Assembly: GCA_027923505.1 (NCBI GenBank)
Contig: BROI01000009.1
Coordinates: 310,001 to 374,000, forward strand
DNA length: 64,000 nt
Reading direction: 5' to 3'
From: Mayamaea pseudoterrestris
Taxonomy: Eukaryota
Shown here: piece by piece, positions 30,076 through 40,500 of the stretch
How positions within the stretch are numbered: the first letter of the stretch is position 1
Layout: every line of letters starts with the position of its first letter
Program-made: the position numbers and the translations under genes
The notes under the pieces: model-generated
What the model saw: only the letters and a program-made list of their open reading frames with translations
Database searches by the model: none
What the model was told of the DNA's origin: nothing

Positions 30076-31683
30076 CTAGCTGGCCGCGATGACTGGCTCG
30101 GGAGCAACTTCTTTATCAGTTTCAAAGTCATACCCTTCAAGCATATTCCAAGTATCACGTGACGCATATTCAAGAATAAACTCCTTTATAGCAATCTTGT
30201 CCTCCTTTGAGTAGTAGTGGCGATAAATTTTGCCGGGAACCCACGCTACGCCAAGACCAATCAACGGCAGCTCTAAAAATTTCAATACCTTGTCGCGCGC
30301 CCGTTCAAAGTTTTCGTATTCGTGGTAATGCATGTAAAGAACTTCAAGGTTCATTTCATGCGTAGTGTAGAATGCCATGTTGTGCCACTGAACGTACTTG
30401 AAGAACTCGTTGAAGCACGGGATTTTGCGAAGCTTTTGCTTCAGAGGATTATCCAAATAGCGTGTCTCAAACAAATGGCTCGTTTCGTCGCTCCGAGCGC
30501 ACCATTTCTGAAAGCCAGTCGCATTTTTGGGATATTTGTCAACGTACTTCGTGTTGCCTTCCGCCTGCTGCTCGTTGAACTCCAAATGGAAACGAGCGAC
30601 CGTGTTATCGAGAGGATGGCGGAATATGTGGATAGCCTTGGTAACCAAGTTGGGGTCGTAAATGGTGTCAACAATCTCCACTCCGTGTTTGCCATGGACA
30701 GCTCTAGTCCCACTCAAGCACCCTCTCATGAATGACCGAGGCGTCTCGAACAATAATTTATATGGTCCACAGGTACTGCAGAAGCCAGTGCAATGTGTCT
30801 TGGTCAAAATGTGCTCAGGCATGTTAGTGTACCGCCCGCGAATGAGTTCTAGAAAAGGCCCTTGCTCGCCGACGGAGCCCTCAATGGCCTGCGTGCTTGG
30901 TAAATCCTTAATGTCTCCCTCGCCTGCATAGTTGGTCGCCGTCGTCGTGTTCGACGCTTCCCGGGTCATGTGAATGGTAAACGAGGTGCCGCTATTGGGA
31001 AAGCTCATTAACCAAGCGATTTTTGGATGAGTTATGTTGCCTCGAATGACTTTTATATCTGGCGCGATGGTAACGTTTGGTTGACTATTCTTGGCGGTGG
31101 TAGCGTCAGGTGGATCCTCGTCAGTGCTGCTGCCATCGGTTTCGATATCCGTATCTCTAAAACGAAGACTATCTTCTTGTAAGTCCTCATCCTCCGACAT
31201 TTCTTCTTCTTCTTCTTCGTCATCATCATCATCATTATTGGCGTCTTTTTCGTCAGCGTTGCCTTTCGTTTCGTCCTCTTCGTCTATCGGGGCGTTGGCG
31301 TCTCCAAAACTCTCAGCAAAGTCTTCCTTTTCTCCTCCTTCTCCACTTTCATCGTCCACGTCCGAAATCTCGTCTTGGTGGTCATTCTCAGTGATGTCTG
31401 CTTGCTCGTTCAGCTTATCGTTCCTGCCCTCTTGTGCACGCCCATTGACTTGTGAAGACTGTAACTGACGCTTGTCTTTTTCACCACTAACGTCCTTTGG
31501 TATCCGTTGTAAATTATTCGAGGATTTCGCTGCATTGACAGAAAAGGTACAGTCCAAGCTGAACATTATTAACGAAGCCAGCACCATCAGCAGAATGAAC
31601 CAAACGGATGTGGGAGGAGGTGATGGACGCAGTGTGTTCCTATATCGCCGAGTTTCGCTCGTCTTCTCGTTATGTTCCACCAT
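30076..31683 (-). CDS. Sulfotransferase-like type II membrane protein with acidic stalk
   Basis: PAPS-binding-loop-like WLMSFPNSGTS, LTKTHC and IHIFRHPLDN..ARF motifs. N-terminal TM helix and an Asp/Glu-rich linker. Confidence 0.78.
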   Translation of the reverse strand: MVEHNEKTSETRRYRNTLRPSPPPTSVWFILLMVLASLIMFSLDCTFSVNAAKSSNNLQRIPKDVSGEKDKRQLQSSQVNGRAQEGRNDKLNEQADITENDHQDEISDVDDESGEGGEKEDFAESFGDANAPIDEEDETKGNADEKDANNDDDDDEEEEEEMSEDEDLQEDSLRFRDTDIETDGSSTDEDPPDATTAKNSQPNVTIAPDIKVIRGNITHPKIAWLMSFPNSGTSFTIHMTREASNTTTATNYAGEGDIKDLPSTQAIEGSVGEQGPFLELIRGRYTNMPEHILTKTHCTGFCSTCGPYKLLFETPRSFMRGCLSGTRAVHGKHGVEIVDTIYDPNLVTKAIHIFRHPLDNTVARFHLEFNEQQAEGNTKYVDKYPKNATGFQKWCARSDETSHLFETRYLDNPLKQKLRKIPCFNEFFKYVQWHNMAFYTTHEMNLEVLYMHYHEYENFERARDKVLKFLELPLIGLGVAWVPGKIYRHYYSKEDKIAIKEFILEYASRDTWNMLEGYDFETDKEVAPEPVIAAS

Positions 31684-31952
31684 TTGCCTAAAACTGCTTA
31701 TGCCTGGCAGTGTATCAACTGGTACTTTTGCTAAAGTGGACAGAGTTTGAATCGTCAAAATCCCATGGCGGATTGGCAGTAGATGTGCCGGCGTGCTCGC
31801 ATGTCGCTCTGGTTCTTGTCGTTATCATTAACACTACGACACCATCGACGGCCCACAACCATTGACTCGTACTTGTACCTTCACCATGACGCAATTTACA
31901 TTCCTTCTGTGGCTTTGATCGAGATTACTGCTCCCGTCATATCAATGTAAAA

Positions 31953-33233
31953 ATGCCTCCATCTGGAGATCTTGAATCGTCTGATCCAGCCGTTGTGCGC
32001 GCGTGGCTGCCTCCTAAGCAACTGGCACTACTTGACCAATTTCTCTTGGAGCTGCGTTTGGGCCGATTATCCGCAAGCGCCTGCAATTCTTCGGAACGCC
32101 ACGACTCAGCAAGTGATAGACGTCTTGTGACGCATAGAACCGTCGATTTACTCAGACATGTCATTGGAAGTACGCGATGGAAGAATCCTGCACAAGTATT
32201 GTGCCTTTTGCGTGGAATTGGACGAGATCTTCACGCGGCTGGCGGGTTTAGAGAACCGGCCATTGGCAACGTTGTGCGACGCGTCATGGCAGCAGTACGA
32301 GAGGAAGCATTACGAGAAGGAGAAGACAATGCTGACAATATAGCTTCAACGAACAGTGCGGGTGGTAGACTGTCGCTGCAGAGCATGCTGTGGGCATTGC
32401 CGCGGAGTAGTAGCAAGGGAGGAACTTCTACCGGCCAACGCAGTGAGTATCAGTTACAAGAATCGTTTGCAGGAGAATCATCCAAATTGGCATTGACAGC
32501 GACGCAATACCCAGCTGCCTACTATTCGTCGACTCGATCAGACCTGAAGCAGGCGGTCATGGAAGCTATTCAAGAAATTCTCACCGACCTTGAAGATTTG
32601 TACAAAAACATCAACGAGCAGGCAAGTAACCATGTCCATGCTGACGAAATTATCTTGACATATGGATACAGTAAAAGCGTGGAATTGTTTTTAAAGGCGG
32701 CGGCCAAGAAGCGGAAGTTCCAGGTTTTTGTCTGCGAAGGAGCTCCCGGTTACGGCGGACACGGCATGGCCAAGTCGCTTGCCGATGCTGGAATCAACAC
32801 TGTGCTTATTCAAGATGCCGCAACCTTTGCCGTTATGGCGCGAGTTAACAAAGTTTTGATTTCGGCACATGCTGTCCTTGCTAATGGTGGTTTAGTGGCG
32901 AGAAGTTTTTGCAATGTGGTGGCGTTAGCCGCGCAATATCATAGTGTTCCTGTCGTTTGCGTCACTGGCATGTACAAGCTTTGCCCCATGTATCCACACG
33001 AGGGACAGGATACGCTTAATGATTTGATAAGTCCAAATGTGGTAGTTGACTACGTGAGCATGCGCGACAAATTAATGGCCGATGTGGAGTATATCGCACC
33101 TCTCCATGACTACATCAAGCCGGAGCACATCAGCGTCTACGTGACAAATATGGGAACATTCCAGCCGTCATTCATCTATCGATTGCTGGCTGAGTATTAT
33201 CATGCCGATGACTGGAGGTCTTTCGAGTATTAA
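31953..33233 (+). CDS. EIF2B2: Translation initiation factor eIF2B beta subunit
   Basis: Contains AIGNVVRRV, HVHADEIILTYGYSKSVELFL, DAATFAVMARVNKVLI, HAVLANGGL and PSFIYRLLAEYYH. Confidence 0.94.
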   Translation: MPPSGDLESSDPAVVRAWLPPKQLALLDQFLLELRLGRLSASACNSSERHDSASDRRLVTHRTVDLLRHVIGSTRWKNPAQVLCLLRGIGRDLHAAGGFREPAIGNVVRRVMAAVREEALREGEDNADNIASTNSAGGRLSLQSMLWALPRSSSKGGTSTGQRSEYQLQESFAGESSKLALTATQYPAAYYSSTRSDLKQAVMEAIQEILTDLEDLYKNINEQASNHVHADEIILTYGYSKSVELFLKAAAKKRKFQVFVCEGAPGYGGHGMAKSLADAGINTVLIQDAATFAVMARVNKVLISAHAVLANGGLVARSFCNVVALAAQYHSVPVVCVTGMYKLCPMYPHEGQDTLNDLISPNVVVDYVSMRDKLMADVEYIAPLHDYIKPEHISVYVTNMGTFQPSFIYRLLAEYYHADDWRSFEY

Positions 33234-33387
33234 AAATATGTAGAGGTAAAGCAGGCAAGACTTGGTATGTGAATAGATTTTTGCAGTAGTAAATAGTTTT
33301 AACTGCAGAGGCTGCACACCGCAGCAAAGATATTTTGCCAGCTGCCGGTATAGAGAAGAATAGAACGAAAAAGACCATACTAATCCA

Positions 33388-35070
33388 CTACTCTTCTGCC
33401 GAAATTTCCTCCGAGTCGTCGTCATCTCCTTCTCTTGAATGCAGATCTTCCTCTGTTTCAACATCACTTTTATTTACAGTCTCGCTTCCATACCGATCAA
33501 CCCATTTGTAGTCTATTCGTGAATAGTCGATTCCCATACCATCTGTCCGCAGCTGTGGCGTGAACAGTCGGTGCATGATTCCAGTGTTGACAAACTTGCA
33601 AAGGTGCCCCTCCATGGTATGTTCCTTGACATTGACGCCGAGAATCTTCATCAGCGCATCGGGATTTCGCACGCCACCAAGTCCATAGGTTGCTTCTTCC
33701 CGTTTATCCCAGCTCGATGGGTCCTCGCCAGGCAGCAAGTGGACAATGCCGAGCAATCGTCTCATTCCAGCCACTCCAGCACCCTCGAATGCTGCCGCAT
33801 TCTCCCAAAACGTCGGAACGTTCTTTCGCTTCTTTATATTCTCCTCATTCTCTTGATAGTAGTGAAAGGCGACGCTATTTTCAATTGCGTAAAAGTCATA
33901 ACCGACAGTCCATCCCCGAATTGCAATGGACATTTCTTCTCCGCTAAATACCATTGGTTGGTAAATGTCGTAAGGAACATTCACGACAAAGTGGCCACGC
34001 GAGAAGCTAAAGCCTGCGCTCCACCAAGGGTGGAGTTGTGGGCTGCCAGTTACAGTTGGAGGTGACTCTGGCTGAACGCTATGGTGAATGTGGTAATGCT
34101 GCTCCGATTTTTTCCAGTAACTGTTGCACATGATGGGTCGACCATACTTGACAACATTGCCTTGTTCGTCCAGTGCACCCGCCACATCCGACAGGTAGGT
34201 GCTGAGGACGGCCATTTCGTTACCAGTTGATTCAATTTCCAGAATTAGTGACTGGTCCCAGTGCTTGCCAAACGCCAAGTGAGCGTCCGCTTGTGCGGCA
34301 TAGTATTCGCCGCGGTAAAGCCGATGTCCGACATGTCGAGCAGGAACGGGTCCGACGCTTTCGCGGGCGTCCATGGTGATGACATCGATCAAGTGCTGGT
34401 AACGACAGAGTGCTTGGTTTGGATCTTCGTCACAGGGTCGAATTGGCATGTCGCAAGAAACATCAACGCTAGACACAATCTGGTCAACGACGCCAACACG
34501 AATCCGTTCCGGAAAGGAAGCTCGGCCGTAAAGGTACTCAATTGTTTCTCGGCACTGGAAGTCGCGATATGAAGCAATCGTCATGAAAATGGTGCGTTGA
34601 TGTGTCGGGCAGTCGGCACCACGAAGAATGCTGCCGTGTGCATCGGGCACAGAACAAGTTCCCACTTGCATGGCTAATCCTCTTTCCATCAGTTGTTGAT
34701 TGTGCAGCGGTTTTGACCAGAACTTTGGGACTTGCCATTTAATTTTGGGGCTGGCTGGATGGTCAATCGTTTCAAACTCCTCCGCGTGTAAATCAGCCGG
34801 CCATCGCGAGATTGGAAGAGTATAAGGTTGGTGTCGCATGAAAATCTCCTCCGATATCTCGAGACCAAGCTCTCGAGCATTTCTATTCAAATCTACCATG
34901 CTGATTACGGCAACGTTGCTGACAATGTAGGCACAGAGCACAAAAGCTGAAAGAGTAGCAGCGAGACGATTCTGTGAAAGTACCCATGGAGGTGCGGGTG
35001 TCGATGAAGAACAGGCTTGTCGTTTCTTCTGCTCCTTGACATTATGCAATGACGGTAGTATGGATTCCAT
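33388..35070 (-). CDS. GT60-family alpha-GlcNAc transferase (Skp1-Hyp GlcNAc transferase/Gnt-like), membrane-anchored
   Basis: Contains TIFMTIASYRD..C, GPVPARH, LYRGEYYAAQADAH, WSAGFSFSRG and FSGEEMSIAIRGWTVGYDFY. There is an N-terminal TM helix. Confidence 0.88.
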   Translation of the reverse strand: MESILPSLHNVKEQKKRQACSSSTPAPPWVLSQNRLAATLSAFVLCAYIVSNVAVISMVDLNRNARELGLEISEEIFMRHQPYTLPISRWPADLHAEEFETIDHPASPKIKWQVPKFWSKPLHNQQLMERGLAMQVGTCSVPDAHGSILRGADCPTHQRTIFMTIASYRDFQCRETIEYLYGRASFPERIRVGVVDQIVSSVDVSCDMPIRPCDEDPNQALCRYQHLIDVITMDARESVGPVPARHVGHRLYRGEYYAAQADAHLAFGKHWDQSLILEIESTGNEMAVLSTYLSDVAGALDEQGNVVKYGRPIMCNSYWKKSEQHYHIHHSVQPESPPTVTGSPQLHPWWSAGFSFSRGHFVVNVPYDIYQPMVFSGEEMSIAIRGWTVGYDFYAIENSVAFHYYQENEENIKKRKNVPTFWENAAAFEGAGVAGMRRLLGIVHLLPGEDPSSWDKREEATYGLGGVRNPDALMKILGVNVKEHTMEGHLCKFVNTGIMHRLFTPQLRTDGMGIDYSRIDYKWVDRYGSETVNKSDVETEEDLHSREGDDDDSEEISAEE

Positions 35071-35361
35071 CGCATTACCAGTAGTCAATAAATAATGGCA
35101 GAGCTTGCAGGTATATTAGGATGTCTGATATGTACATACATACGGTATATGGACTACTGAAGCGACTCATCGGCGACCTGTCATGGCTCGCTCGAAAGCG
35201 AATGCCACGCTCGCTCGCAGTTTTCACTAACGCAGTCGTTTGACTAACCGGGCTCGCTCGATCGACCAACTACCCGGAACGAGCACAGGTTATTTTTTAT
35301 TGCTCGGTAGTATACCACGGGTTCTCAAACCAAGTCCAACTGCATTGTGTGTAGACTGTGA

Positions 35362-35397
35362 ATGCTACACTGCCTCCGTATGCTACACTGCCTCCGT
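35362..35397. repeat. Perfect 18-bp tandem duplication (ATGCTACACTGCCTCCGT)x2
   Basis: Exact adjacent copies at 35362-35379 and 35380-35397, intergenic. Confidence 0.92.
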
Positions 35398-35596
35398 GTC
35401 CATGCTAAGGCTTAGCCAAGTATCGGTAGCATGAAAGCCACGCTATCGAAAGTAACCAAAAATGTGTCAGGCCTTCGCCTCTAGAACTATGGTAACAAAT
35501 TAGTATATGGAAGCACGATCAGCATACGGTAATGAAAATGCTTGCGATAACTCATGTTCCTGATAAAGGATGATTTATTTGTTGTGTTCAGGCTCA

Positions 35597-37291
35597 TTAA
35601 TCACCCTTGCCACAAAGACCGCCTGTATGATGTGTCTCGCCAGCAGCCATGGCCATGAGACTTTGAATTGTCATGAGAACGGCCGACAGCGCGACCACTC
35701 CGCCAATCGAGAATGCAATGAGCGAGTTTCGGCCCGACTTGTTCATGAGGTAGGTCAAACCAACTTGTCCAATGTAAGTGGTAACAAAACCCATAATGCC
35801 AAGGAGTATGGCGTATTCTGGGAGGAGCAAGCCGAAAACAATGAACGACGTTGTTGCCGTGAAACTTGTGAACAGGATCATGACGGCCGAGCACGCCGAA
35901 CTAACCTTTGGATGGACACCCATGGCTAGCATCAGTGGCCCCTTGACAATACCACCGCCAACGCCAAACATGCCAGCAAAGAAGCCAGCCGCCGCGCAGA
36001 TAATCGGGTAGACAATCGTCGCCCGCTCGTCCCACTTAATATCACCTTCAAGAAATTCGAAACCAACTGCAATCTTACGGTAATGCTTCTTGACGAGATA
36101 GCTGCGAGCATAAAAGGAAATGGCAACAATCCACACCAGCATGAACACGTTGGCCATCCAGAATCCATTGGACCCGCACCGAATTCCAAGGGGCGATTTA
36201 AAAGCTCCACCACCTTTCAGTAAATTAACCATCAAGACAACGACAAAGAGCGCGACCAAAATCTTTATATTAGCCATTGGCATTTTTCTCTCGTCTTCTA
36301 AAATTAGCTGGAGTTCCTTGTGCAGGTCGGACGGAAGCTCTCCAACATGTTCGTCGTGTTCGGCTCGTTCTTCGTCGTCCTCACGCGTTTCAACATTCTT
36401 TAGCAAACTCTCTTCCGCTTCATCGTCGTCATCCTCGTGCATTTTGGCCGCTAACTTGGTCAATTCGCTCTCTTGTTCAGCCTTCATTGCTTTGGTTTCC
36501 TTCTTGTACATTTTGACAGCCTTGGTGAGTGTCTCCCAGGAAGTAAATGTGAGGAGAGCGACGAGCAATAAAATAAGCAGTGTTTCGGGTAGAATTTTGT
36601 TTAAAAAGGCGCCAATGAGAGCACCGGCGATGGTGAGTGGCTCCATTACAAGAATGAGGTCCCAGTCGACGAGCGGCCGGTTAGCATCGGGATGCCGCTT
36701 TGGAATGTTCAAAATTGTATTCGCGATGGCCCCTCCTAAAACTGTCACATTTGAAAGGGGAATACCTTGCTTTGGAGAGAAGTGCATAACTAACAAGTAC
36801 ACAGGAACAAGTATCCCTGCATGGTGTAAAATCGAAAGCAAGTGAGTTAGAAAAGCCAGAGTGCAGAATTTAACTTGTTCACGGATATAATCTCATGAAT
36901 ACTAATTTCAACACAAAAGAGTAGACCAAGCCACAATATACATTGACTCACCTCCTCCACCGACTCCACCACCAGCTGCAATCATCAGTCCAATGGTGGC
37001 GAAAAAGAAACCCCAATAATCCGAGCTGTCGAGCGGAAATAATGGCTTGTGTGCCTCGTTAATGACTTGATGGTGGTAGTGTGTCGTCGAATTCAAGACA
37101 CTATCAATCAGCTTTCTTCCTGTAGGGAACGAAAAGTCGTCACTTTCAGAGCCTTTCGAGAATTGGTGAATGGCGCAGCATGCGCATGCGATTGCCACTG
37201 CCACAAGGAATGCCCAAGGCACAACCAATTTTGCAAAGCTGTCATCAATCTTGTGAGCTTTGTTATCTTCATTACGAACAACTTGCTGCAT
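35597..37291 (-). CDS. TauE/SafE (sulfite exporter) family membrane protein; 2 exons, intron 36817-36951
   Basis: The spliced motif AAGGGVGGG|GILVP, RHPDANRPLVDWDLILVMEP, and a second repeat AGMFGVGGGIVKGPLML. Confidence 0.92.
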
Positions 37292-37598
37292 GATCAACAA
37301 GCGATTCCTTCTATAGTTATATATAGACTTGAAACAAATGCGAGATCCAGGTGAATGAAGCAAAGTTAATCGGCCACGAGACCCACGATTCAGTTTTGGC
37401 TGCACGAAAAATATTGTGTCGTAACGTGACCACAGAGTAAACTCGCAACGTGACTCATGGATCACGCTCGCCAAGGCATCGCCCAATTGGTGCGCCACGG
37501 AGAAACGCAACCGTTCAACATGCCGACCATGGCGTGAAACAAAAGGCCAAAACAACGCTGCTAGTAGGATCCTGGGAATCTACTATAAAAATTGATAC

Positions 37599-40500
37599 AT
37601 GTGGGAAGTCTTCGATTACCATCCTCCACCGCCGCTCCGAAGGGGACCCACGAGGAGAATTAGACCTCCACCAAGATGCCACTACGAGGCCGACTCAATT
37701 GATGAAGATTTTGTCATCACGCCTCGAACGCAACGGCGAAGATATCGACAAAGGGGCCGCCAGGTTAGCGATAGATATCATACGCCAAGTGAGCGATCTA
37801 AAAATAGCTTTCATCCGACGTTTGGATTTGATGGTGCCGAAGTCTTTTCCGTCTCGCCGGTCGAACGGCTATCAAAGCAAGTATACGCTGCCGCGCCACC
37901 AGATGACGGCACAGACACCAGCAAGGATAATGCAGAGGAGGAGGAAGAATCTTCTTTCACCGGCGATCCCGCATATGTGACGGCTACCAGGCATCAAGGC
38001 TTTCCCATTTCCCTGGACGGCTGCGTCTTTGGTGCGGGCGGCGTGATACTTGACACTATTGAGGACTTTACAGCCAGTAAAATACGTCGAAACAATGGAA
38101 GCAACAATCGATTTGAGCAAAGACAAGTCTTTAATGTGGAGAAACAATCACTTGCCATGGAACGACTTGACGAGCAAACAGTAGACAAACAAAGGCTTGA
38201 CGATGCTTTGGATATGGCGTCGGAAAATTTAATGATGAACAATGTGTCGACGACAAATTTGCCGCGAGTACTCAGTCTAGATATGCTAGAAGAAGAAGAC
38301 TTGCGACGGACCTTGGTCAAACAAGACAATGCCACGTCTTACGTGCCTCCTCGACACGAAACCCCGTCCGCCAATTGCAGCGCTGCATCAATTCACACAA
38401 TTCACAGTACGCCCATGACGCCCACCACTCTCCGATCTCCCAACGAGAGCTTTAATGATTATGAAGAGGACTGTTTAAGGAGCACTGATCGTCCCATTAC
38501 CCCAACCCGCATGCGATCACCAGCAAATAGTGTGCGGCTTGAACCGAAGGACAATGGGCCGCCAGCAGCTTTATCGTCCATGGTGCGCCAACGACAACTC
38601 CACATTTTAACGAGCCTCAGCCCAGTCGACGCTCCAGAAAACACGCATATTAACGACGAGGAAAACTATATCAAGCTCCCGGATGCTCCGCCGCAATTAA
38701 GAATTCGCATTCCACGGGACGATGAATCTTTGAGCAGAGAGAGCTACCTTCACGAATGTGATGCTGCGAGCAGTGAGGAATCAGATTGGGACCATGCTCA
38801 AACGCAAGCAAGCTATTCACCCGATCAGATTGCATCATCCGCTTCGGCGGAAGAAAATTTGCCATGCAAAGCAAGCGATTCCACATTTGAAAACTTCGAT
38901 GCTCTTTCTGATGCTGATTCTGATTCGCCTCCGCGGTTTGAAAAAGGGGAAATGTTTCATTATAAGCAGTACCCTTCCGTCGAAGAACTCGAGGGTACTG
39001 CTACCTTACTCGAGAAGCTTGCATCGGCGCCATCATCGAAGGAACTGCACGACGCCAGAGCTTATCTTGCGAAAATGGCAAAAACTCCTTCACCCAAGGA
39101 GTTAACCGACGTTCGGAGTTTTTTCGAACACTTTTTGGAGCCACAACCATCCCCGCGAAAGGATGGTTTGTCACCTGCCGGCTTGACTTTAGAATCATCT
39201 ACGTCAACCACCTTACCTAGTCCTGAAAGCACTCTTAGTCATGAATGCGACCGGAGTCATTCCGCCCTGAAACAGCACGACAATACCTACATTCTGGATG
39301 AGATTGTCGCATACACTTCTCATGTAAATGAGCCGAATGTTCGGCAATCTATTGGATTACAAAGGAGCACCTTTCTCGAGTCTGGTTGGCCTCTTGAGGA
39401 CGATGCACAGCAAGTATACAAGCGCAGCTCTTCCACAATACCCAGTCTCGATTGCGACGTCTCTCCGCAGCAGGTTCGTCATCAATCGCGAGACCCATCT
39501 TTTCTCGACAGTTCACACCGAAGCTTGTCAATTGTCGGCCCCGCTACATCACATCATAGCATAACATTAGCTGATGATTCAAATCCAAGCCTCGCTTCAA
39601 ATGACTGCCACGAATACACACGGCATGATGATGTTTCTCTCCGTCAAAATGATCAACTGGCCTGTGACCTGCAACGCAACATGCGACAGGATGGCTGTAA
39701 TCCCATACATTTTAACAATCGCTCAAGCATAGTCAACATGGGTGCTCAGTCGGAACGCGAGATTTCTCGTAAGAAGCGGCGGACACGATCACCGTCGCTA
39801 ACATTTCAAGAGAAGCATCGGGCTCGCCACTCCCTGAAGTCTTGCAATATCCCGATTGGTCGTTCGTCACGCACTTTTGTCGAAACGTGTGCCATTCACG
39901 GAATGAATCATACGAAAGGAACATCTGCTCGTCATACGAAATTCAATTATTATCCATTATATGACGACGACGGTGCTTCGACAATGGGATATGATGAAGA
40001 TGTGAATGGTAATTGTCATGACGCGCTCCCGAGTATTGCGGACTGCGAAATACTTCCCGTTGACAGCGCCGAACCGAGGAAGAAGCTGCCGCATCACAAG
40101 AGGTACAAAAGGAATTTAGACGACGACTTAGCTAATCACTATGCGAACGGCATGCGGAAATCGCTCCAGACACTACAAATGCACCACATGCGAGACGATC
40201 TTTGTGAATTACAAGATGAAAGAGCGTGGCCTGCGCTTTACAATCCCCTGTCGGCGAATAGGCATAGTAACAGATATGCAGCTCCGTCGGCTTGGCCGCA
40301 AGCTCAACCGCCTCGACGACATACTACCAAAGGCGAGTTATGTCTAGATGGCCTCATCGAGATTTACAGCGAAGATTCATCGTTGGACCTCCGAATGCCT
40401 CGCTCCTTTTCAACGTACGTTCCACATTATCAGGGTCATAGCAGAGCAATGCAGTCAGATGACATTGGGACATTTGACTATCAGTTGCGTCGAACGGACA

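Noticed and set aside
36120..36845. 241-aa plus-strand ORF, and many similar 60-180 aa ORFs opposite real genes
   Set aside because: These are antisense or alternate-frame shadows of well-supported genes, with no independent motifs.
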